NCBI GenBank assembly: GCA_963761305.1
Contig: CAVXGK010000002.1
Location: forward strand, 1,600,001 to 1,664,000
Direction: 5' to 3'
From: an uncultured Gemmatimonadaceae bacterium
GTDB lineage: Bacteria > Gemmatimonadota > Gemmatimonadetes > Gemmatimonadales > Gemmatimonadaceae
Length of the DNA: 64,000 nt
The notes under the pieces were generated by a model. It worked only from the letters and a program-made list of their open reading frames with translations. It had not been told where the DNA came from and searched no databases. Shown here piece after piece: positions 57,656 through 64,000 of the stretch; position 1 is the first letter of the stretch, and every line of letters begins with the position of its first letter. The position numbers were made by a program, and so were the translations under genes.

Positions 57656-60284
57656 CGGCAGCGAGCAACGTCGACCATCGATCGACGAAGACGATCTGAT
57701 TCTTTCTTGACGCGCTGCTCTCGATCTGCAGCATGAGAAAACCTTGATCGCCGGGCAGGACGTCGTACGTGTCCCCGTTGAATCGCGCAATCGAGAACAG
57801 ACTCCGCCGCACGCCGACACCAAACTCGGCAGCGCTCGACACCTCGGCCGCCATCAGGCTGTCGCGAGACACGAAGAACAGCTCTCGCCCATTGCGTGCC
57901 CAGCGAGGAACTCGGCCGCCGCCGGCCGACACCTGCCAGCGCTCGGAGCGCGACGCGTCCGTGGAGCGCACGTAGATCTCGGCGGTGCCCGATTCGTCCG
58001 ACACGTACGCGAGCCAGCGACCGTCGGGCGACGGACGCGGTGACCTCTCCCTCGCGTCCGTGGCGACGACCGCACGGTCGGACGACCCGGGCTGGTCGAG
58101 CGCGTGTGCATAGATGTCTCTCCGGCCGCCCATGCCCGTTCCGTAATAGAGCGTGCGACCGTCCGGCGACGGCGCCGGCTCGTAGAAGTTCGCGGCCGCG
58201 TTGCCGAACACGAGGCGCGGGGCTGACGCGCTCCCCACGGGTACCTCGTACACTTTGCCGCCCTGCGGACCGCCGGCGATGAAGAGCAGCCACTTGCCGT
58301 CACTGGTGAAAACCGGATCTTGGGCCACGGTGGCCGGAACCGAGACGTAGCTCACCGCCCCGGTGCGGAGATCCCGCTCCTGAATGTCCCACGTTCCGCG
58401 ACCGACGACCGCCGCCGCGTGCGCGCCGTCGGCCGATGCGGCAATCTCGCGGGCCTGGCCGACCCACGTCGAATCGATGATGGTCGACGCCCCGTCGCGG
58501 CGAACGCGAGCCAATCGCGCGCGAGCGCTGTTCGCTCCGCCGGTTGCAAACACCAACTGGCCCGTGGGCGCGACGGCGATCTCGGGGAACGAGTTCCCCG
58601 GGACGGTGACGTCCGACGCGAGGACGATCGGCGGCCCCGTCGTCGCCTGCGTCTTCACGTCGAATGGCACCGCCACCAGCGCGCTGTCGGGACGCACGAC
58701 CAGCAGGTATCCCGGCTCCACGTAACGCGCCCAGAATCCCGGCAACAGCGCGCGATGCCGTCCCGTTCGTGGATCGGACACCGCGATTTGGAATCGCGAA
58801 TTGTCGCCGTACTTCTGCGGGATGACCACGAACAGGATCGACTGTCCGCCCGGGAGTGGCGTGGGAGCGGTGTTGAAGACTTCGGCCGCGGTGTCGACTG
58901 TCGTGACGCGTTGCCGCGCACCGCCATTCAGAGGGACGCGCTCAATCCCCCCGCGTCCGGAAATGAGGATATTCTCATCGTCCGCCCAGTTGAGGAGCGA
59001 GTGTGTGGCGAGCTCCGCGATGACCGTGACTCGACCATCGTCCAGCGACGCGACGCGAAGACTGTTGCCCGCGAGGAAAGCGACTCGGCGTCCGTCCGGC
59101 GAGATCGCGGGGTAGGACGCACTGTCGGTACCATGGAGCGGCCGCGCATCGAACGACCCCGCGTCGCGCATCCAGAGCTGGCTGACCCCGCGCGCGCGCG
59201 TCTCGTACACGAGCCTCGAGCCGTCGGGCGAAAGGGCGAACGGACCGCGAGGTTGGGCGCTGTCGGGCAGCGCGAGCGTCGTGAGCCACGGACGAACGTC
59301 CGACGCGCCATCGCTCGTCGCGGTGCGATCTCGAGCTACCTTGGCCCAGCCCCACACAGCGGCGATCGTCGCCACGACAGCGACCGCCGTCGCAATGGTC
59401 GTCGTGCGCCGCGCGCTCCGACCCGCGGCCGGGGCGGCCGTGCGCACATGAGACGGCGTGGTGAGCGCCGACGCGAACGCATCTGCCGTGGCGAAGCGAT
59501 CCGCCGGAAGTTTCTCGAGCGCTGTACGGACGGCATCGTCCACGTGCGCCGGGACACTCGGCCGCTGCGCGGCAAGGGAACGCGGCGCTTCGGTGATCAC
59601 CTTCGCGACGACGGCCTGCGCGGTCGGCCCGACGAACGGCGGTTCTCCGGCGAGCATCTCGTACGTCACTACGCCGAGTGCGTAGATGTCGGCGCGGTGG
59701 TCGACGTTGCGCTCGCCCATGGCCTGTTCGGGCGCCATGTACTGCGGCGTGCCCAATGAGATTCCCGTCTGCGTCATCCGCTGGCCACCCGCCTGCTCAA
59801 CGGCGAGCGCGATGCCGAAGTCGGCGACGAGCGCGTGGCCGTCTTGCAGAAGAATGTTTTCGGGCTTGATGTCCCGGTGAACGACGCCCCGCGCGTGCGC
59901 GTAGGCCAGCGCGTCCGCGACCTCGCTCGCGATGCGCACCGCGTCGGCGACGGGCAGCTGCCGCTCGCGCTCGAGGCGCGCACGCAGCGTTTCGCCCTCG
60001 ACGAACGGCATCACATAGTAGAGCTGTGCCGCCGCGCTCCCGCTGTCGAACAGCGGCAGGATGTGCGGGTGTTGAAGGCTCGCGGTGAGCGTGATTTCCT
60101 TGAGGAATCGCTCCGGGCCAAGCACCGCCGAGAGCTCGGGGTGCAGCACCTTCACCGCGACTTTGCGACGGTGGCGAACGTCTTCGGCCAGATAAACGGT
60201 CGCCATGCCGCCCGCGCCAAGCTCGCGCTCGAGGCGGTAACGGTCAGCGATGGCCGTGGCGAGCGACGGCGGCGGCGCGGTCAC
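57639..60284 (-). CDS. Hanks-type Ser/Thr kinase with TM and TolB-like beta-propeller
   Basis: GAGGMATVYLA, VAVK, HRDIKPEN, DFG, GTPQYMAPE; repeated SPDG units; start placed at GTG 60284. Confidence 0.93.
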   Translation of the reverse strand: MTAPPPSLATAIADRYRLERELGAGGMATVYLAEDVRHRRKVAVKVLHPELSAVLGPERFLKEITLTASLQHPHILPLFDSGSAAAQLYYVMPFVEGETLRARLERERQLPVADAVRIASEVADALAYAHARGVVHRDIKPENILLQDGHALVADFGIALAVEQAGGQRMTQTGISLGTPQYMAPEQAMGERNVDHRADIYALGVVTYEMLAGEPPFVGPTAQAVVAKVITEAPRSLAAQRPSVPAHVDDAVRTALEKLPADRFATADAFASALTTPSHVRTAAPAAGRSARRTTTIATAVAVVATIAAVWGWAKVARDRTATSDGASDVRPWLTTLALPDSAQPRGPFALSPDGSRLVYETRARGVSQLWMRDAGSFDARPLHGTDSASYPAISPDGRRVAFLAGNSLRVASLDDGRVTVIAELATHSLLNWADDENILISGRGGIERVPLNGGARQRVTTVDTAAEVFNTAPTPLPGGQSILFVVIPQKYGDNSRFQIAVSDPRTGRHRALLPGFWARYVEPGYLLVVRPDSALVAVPFDVKTQATTGPPIVLASDVTVPGNSFPEIAVAPTGQLVFATGGANSARARLARVRRDGASTIIDSTWVGQAREIAASADGAHAAAVVGRGTWDIQERDLRTGAVSYVSVPATVAQDPVFTSDGKWLLFIAGGPQGGKVYEVPVGSASAPRLVFGNAAANFYEPAPSPDGRTLYYGTGMGGRRDIYAHALDQPGSSDRAVVATDARERSPRPSPDGRWLAYVSDESGTAEIYVRSTDASRSERWQVSAGGGRVPRWARNGRELFFVSRDSLMAAEVSSAAEFGVGVRRSLFSIARFNGDTYDVLPGDQGFLMLQIESSASRKNQIVFVDRWSTLLAAATRRR

Positions 60285-60388
60285 GGCGACCAAGGTGCAA
60301 CAAAAGCCCGCGAGCGGCCAGCGATGCCGGAACGTGTGGGCTGCGCCGTTCCGGGCCAGTGGCAGAGACTGGTTCCAATCGATACCAT

Positions 60389-60430
60389 CTCGGACCTGCC
60401 TCCGTCGCGCTCGGACGTGCCTCCGTCGCC
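60389..60430. repeat. 21-bp direct tandem duplication in the intergenic region
   Basis: CTCGGACCTGCCTCCGTCGCG / CTCGGACGTGCCTCCGTCGCC. Confidence 0.75.
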
Positions 60431-60600
60431 CGGTGGGTCGGCGGCGCGGTGGCGAGAACCGCGTCGTGGCGATGGCGGATTTTTTGTCTGTCGGCCGGCG
60501 GCGGGCCTCTCGTGGCCTGGCACGGGTCGTTCGGATTCGGCCGCGGTGACGGCGATCACGCCGGATCGCACATCCGGGGGTTTCGCGGACGAGCACATTG

Positions 60601-60822
60601 TGTTATCTTGGTGGAGCGATATACGTGAAGGCGCGCGTGGACATGTTCCAACGCTCTTGGGGCCTGCCGAATTGCTAGCAGGCCTCTTTTTACATGTATC
60701 GTCACACGCTCCGCGATCCGCGGGCAGCCCATCGTGAGGGCATGATCACGAAGCACGTTGTGTCGGTCGGTACGGCAGCTCCGCACTCCGAACACAGCAT
60801 ATTACGAGGAAGGAGAAGGACA
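60601..60822 (+). promoter_or_regulatory. Extended -10 promoter and long structured 5' leader of the cold-shock gene
   Basis: TG-T-TATCTT at 60601-60609; ~200-nt leader with several stems and an internal hairpin plus U tract (60660-60691). Confidence 0.55.
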
Positions 60823-61035
60823 ATGCGTACGACTGGCACCGTCAAGTGGTTCAACGATTCGAAGGGCTTCGGCTTTATCACCCCCGAGGGCGGCGCGAAG
60901 GATTGCTTCGTCCATCACTCGGCCATTCAGGGCAGCGGCTTCAAGACCCTGGCTGAAGGCGAGCGCGTCGAGTTCGACGTCGTGCAGGGCCAGAAGGGCC
61001 CGGCCGCCGAGAACGTGACAAAGCTCGGGCGCTAA
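60823..61035 (+). CDS. Cold-shock protein (CspA family)
   Basis: [15 protein letters not shown] (RNP1), DCFVHHSAI (RNP2), [18 protein letters not shown]. Confidence 0.97.
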   Translation: MRTTGTVKWFNDSKGFGFITPEGGAKDCFVHHSAIQGSGFKTLAEGERVEFDVVQGQKGPAAENVTKLGR

Positions 61036-61059
61036 ACACGCCGTAGCTCCATCGAAAGC

Positions 61060-61092
61060 GAAACGGCCACGCGAAAGCGTGGCCGTTTCTCG
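61060..61092. terminator. Terminator hairpin between convergent genes
   Basis: GAAACGGCCACGC-GAAA-GCGTGGCCGTTTC, 13-bp perfect stem with a GNRA loop. Confidence 0.85.
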
Positions 61093-61107
61093 TTGTGCAC
61101 GCGTCGC

Positions 61108-63513
61108 TCAGCCCCGTGCGGCGCCGGTTTCGACCATCCGTTCCACGGCATCGACGAGCTCGTCGACGTCGATCGGCTTCACGAGATGCAAGGCGAAGCC
61201 CGATGCGTCGCTGCGCTGCCGATCGAGCGACTGGCTGTAGCCGCTCAGCGCGATGAAGACGGGAGGCGAGTCGGCGAGTCGGATGCGAAGCTCGCGCGCC
61301 AGCGCGTAGCCGTCCATCGTCGGCAGCCCGATGTCGAGGATCGCGATTTCGGGACGAAATTCCTGAGCCAGCGAGATCGCCTCGATCGGATCGAGCGCGG
61401 CTCGTACGTCGTAGCCGACGATGCCGAGCAGTCGCGTGAGTCCGTCGGCGACATCGCTGTGATCGTCCACGAGCAGAACGCGCGCCTTCGGCGCGCGCGA
61501 CATTCGGATGGCCGAGTGAGATGAAGCGGGGCGGGCGAAATCCGGCGAGGCGGCGCCCGTCGGAAGTCTGACGGCGAATTCGCTGCCCAATCCCAATCCG
61601 TCGCTGCGCGCGGTCACCGTTCCGCCATGCAGCTCGGTGAGCGTGCGCACCAACGACAAGCCGATGCCGAGCCCGCCTTGTGCGCGATCCGCGCCGCGTG
61701 CGCCCTGGACCAAGGGTTCGAACAGATCCGGCAGGAGCGACGGGTCGATACCGATGCCCGAGTCGCGCACGCGAAGAACGACGGCGTCGCCGTCGCGCTC
61801 CCCCATTACCGAAACAGCTCCGCCGGGAGGCGTGTAGCGCGCGGCGTTCGAGAGCAGATTGTCGACGACCTGGGTCAGCCGAACCTCGTCGCCGTCGACG
61901 GTGAACCGCTCGGCGGGCACGGAGATCTCGAGTCGGTGATGTCGTTCCTTGAAGAGCGGCTCAGTGGCTTCGACGGCACGCGCGACGACGGTCGCCAGAT
62001 CCAATGGAGCCATCGACAGCGTGACCGCGCCCCGCGCGACGCGAGAGACGTCGAGCAGGTCGTCGACGAGACGGACCAGGTGCTTCACCTGGCGGACGAT
62101 GACGTCGAGGTCGTGCCGCGCATCGGCATTCACGCGCCCCTCGAGGAGCCGCGCCGAGGTGAGGATCGGCGTGAGCGGATTGCGCAGCTCGTGCGAGAGG
62201 AGGGCGAGGAACTCGTCCTTGCGGTGATCGGCGCGCCGCAGCGCGTCTTCCGCCTGCTTGAGTCGCGTGACGTCGACGAACGCGCCGATCGCACCACGGG
62301 GCGCGCCCTCGGGATCGCGCAGCGTCACCGCGCTTCCGTAGAGATGCGTGACGCGGCCGTCGTCGAAGTGAATCTCCTCTTCGAAGTTTCTGAGCTCGTC
62401 GCCGCGCGCCGCCCGGTGGATCGGAAGCTGGTCCGCCGGATACTCCGCACCGTTGACGAACATCGAGAAGTGCTGCGTCGGCGTCGAGTCATCCGCGGTC
62501 TTGGACACGTTCTGACCGACGGGCATGCGCAGCACTTCGTAGCCGGCGCGATTTCCGTGAATCTCCTTGGAATCGCGATCGTGCGTGACCCAAACGACGG
62601 CGGGCACGGTGTCCATGAGCGTCGCCAGCTCCTCGGCTCGGGCGCGCGCCTGTGCCTCGCTCGTGCGCAGCGCATCCTCGCTGGCGCGTTGCTCCGTCAC
62701 GTCGGTCGCCGCGCTGACGAGGCATGACACTCCGTCGATCTCGGTCCGCGCGCTCGACAGCACATACGTGACGACGCGGCCGTCCCGCGCCTGAGCGGAA
62801 ACCTCGCGACTCCACTGCGGCGCGGTACTCAGCAGGCCGATGAACGACGAGCGCTCCTCGGCGCTCCACAGCCCGAGCTCCACCGTTGTCTTTCCGACGA
62901 CCTCCTCGCGTGTGAAGCCCATCAGGCGAAGGAAGGCGTCGTTGACGTTCACCAACAATCCGTCCGACTCGCGTGTGATCGCCAGCGGCTCCGGGCTGAT
63001 CTCGAAAACGGTTTCGAAGCGATGCTCCGACGCCCGCAGCAGGTCCTCGGCGACGCGCCGATCGTGGATGTCGAACGTGCCGGCGACCCACCGAATGATT
63101 TCACCACTCGAGTTCCGGACCGGCGCGACGCGGGCGAGATGCCAGCGATACTCGCCCGCCTTGGTTCGAATGCGATATTCGATCTCCGTCGGCGCCAAGG
63201 TCCGAAGGGCTTCGTCCCAACGCCGCCACAACTCGGGTCGGTCGTCGGGATGGACGGCGACGAGCGCTCCTTTTTCGCTCAGCGACTCTTCTTCGGTCAG
63301 CCCCGTCAGCTCGAGCCAGCGATCGTTGACCCACTCGAGCTGGCCCTGCGCGTTGCAGGTCCAAATGATTTGCGGCAGCGCGTTGGCCAGTGCGCGATCC
63401 GCCCCGTCGCCAGGCGCGAGCCGCGGGTTATCGACGCCGTCGCGTTCCGAGTCTCGAGTGGATGACAACACGGTGTGTGGGTGAGCGGCGCTCAGTATGC
63501 GCCGCCGACCCAC
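61108..63513 (-). CDS. Hybrid PAS sensor histidine kinase / receiver (true start probably somewhat downstream)
   Basis: Three PAS/PAC segments; H-box SHELRNPL, N-box NLLSNAARYT, DSGIG, GGLGIGL; REC with LLVDD and LDIGLP. Confidence 0.93.
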   Translation of the reverse strand: MGRRRILSAAHPHTVLSSTRDSERDGVDNPRLAPGDGADRALANALPQIIWTCNAQGQLEWVNDRWLELTGLTEEESLSEKGALVAVHPDDRPELWRRWDEALRTLAPTEIEYRIRTKAGEYRWHLARVAPVRNSSGEIIRWVAGTFDIHDRRVAEDLLRASEHRFETVFEISPEPLAITRESDGLLVNVNDAFLRLMGFTREEVVGKTTVELGLWSAEERSSFIGLLSTAPQWSREVSAQARDGRVVTYVLSSARTEIDGVSCLVSAATDVTEQRASEDALRTSEAQARARAEELATLMDTVPAVVWVTHDRDSKEIHGNRAGYEVLRMPVGQNVSKTADDSTPTQHFSMFVNGAEYPADQLPIHRAARGDELRNFEEEIHFDDGRVTHLYGSAVTLRDPEGAPRGAIGAFVDVTRLKQAEDALRRADHRKDEFLALLSHELRNPLTPILTSARLLEGRVNADARHDLDVIVRQVKHLVRLVDDLLDVSRVARGAVTLSMAPLDLATVVARAVEATEPLFKERHHRLEISVPAERFTVDGDEVRLTQVVDNLLSNAARYTPPGGAVSVMGERDGDAVVLRVRDSGIGIDPSLLPDLFEPLVQGARGADRAQGGLGIGLSLVRTLTELHGGTVTARSDGLGLGSEFAVRLPTGAASPDFARPASSHSAIRMSRAPKARVLLVDDHSDVADGLTRLLGIVGYDVRAALDPIEAISLAQEFRPEIAILDIGLPTMDGYALARELRIRLADSPPVFIALSGYSQSLDRQRSDASGFALHLVKPIDVDELVDAVERMVETGAARG

Positions 63514-63565
63514 GCCACCGCCAGGGCCTACAGATGCTCAGGCCGTCGTGCGACGTGAACGCGCG

Positions 63566-64000
63566 TCAGGGTCCGAGATACAGCACGTGGACGTACGTGC
63601 CGAGCCGAACATTGTACGCCAAGTAGTAACCGGGGTGATCCGGATCGGCGTAGAGCACGATGTCGTCCGTGTCCCACAGCCAGTCGTTGGCATACCCGTA
63701 GTCGAATGGCGCCACGCTGAAGAAGTATCCGCCGAATCCAAACCGTTGCGGGCTGCCGCCGCCGAGACGATAGACGCGAGTCGCGCCGATCGTACCCGGA
63801 AAGTGTCCGTGCTCCCAGGGACGATCGAGGTGATAATTCACGTCGGCCCGTCCGGTCTCGTGACCAACCCAATGACTGGTTTGGACGTCGACGTGCGGCG
63901 CGTTCGGATGTCCGGGCTTCTCAGCGAGTACGCGCGGGGCTGGTTGCGGCGCCGGCGTTCCCGCACGCGGCTGAGCCGCTCGTACCTGCGGGCGGGCCGG
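63566..64000 (-). CDS. Conserved hypothetical protein, C-terminal part (gene starts beyond the window)
   Basis: Frame open to the window edge: ...GHPNAPHVD...WVGH..G..D..YHLDRPWEHGHF...DWLWDTDDIVLY.DPDHPGYYLAYNVRLGTYVHV.YLGP*. Confidence 0.8.
   Translation of the reverse strand, partial: PARPQVRAAQPRAGTPAPQPAPRVLAEKPGHPNAPHVDVQTSHWVGHETGRADVNYHLDRPWEHGHFPGTIGATRVYRLGGGSPQRFGFGGYFFSVAPFDYGYANDWLWDTDDIVLYADPDHPGYYLAYNVRLGTYVHVLYLGP

Noticed and set aside
60518..60532. Sigma-54-like TGGCAC-N5-GTTC, and similar partial matches at about 18810 and 32995
   Set aside because: Each lacks the conserved -12 GC dinucleotide, so they are too weak to call.

Overview
A GC-rich, gene-dense bacterial chromosomal segment. 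The lineage is probably Gemmatimonadota; this is inferred from lineage-typical hypothetical-protein motifs and kinase/beta-propeller genes, not from a database search. It holds about 55 CDSs. Housekeeping genes include the 3' end of pckA, uvrA, purE-purK, sodC, holB, moaC, rpiB and a cold-shock gene. There are many envelope, peptidoglycan and peptidase genes, an FHA-PP2C pair, a Ser/Thr kinase and a PAS hybrid histidine kinase. RNA elements are tRNA-Asn(GTT) and tRNA-Lys(TTT), both without encoded CCA, and a fluoride riboswitch ahead of crcB-DUF190. I found no CRISPR array, transposase, integrase or phage gene. The best leads are: (i) octamer tandem repeats whose G-rich strand always lies directly after a stop codon, and related nested palindromes between convergent genes; (ii) a MenA1/MenT1-like nucleotidyltransferase toxin-antitoxin pair; (iii) a leaderless membrane-protein/wHTH/paralogous-uppS operon with a palindromic operator next to its -35; (iv) an amidase coupled to a four-YARHG lipoprotein; (v) a structured, possibly attenuating cold-shock gene leader; (vi) a TPR-TonB fusion and a frameshifted gene downstream of tRNA-Lys. 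All functional calls come from motif recognition by eye.
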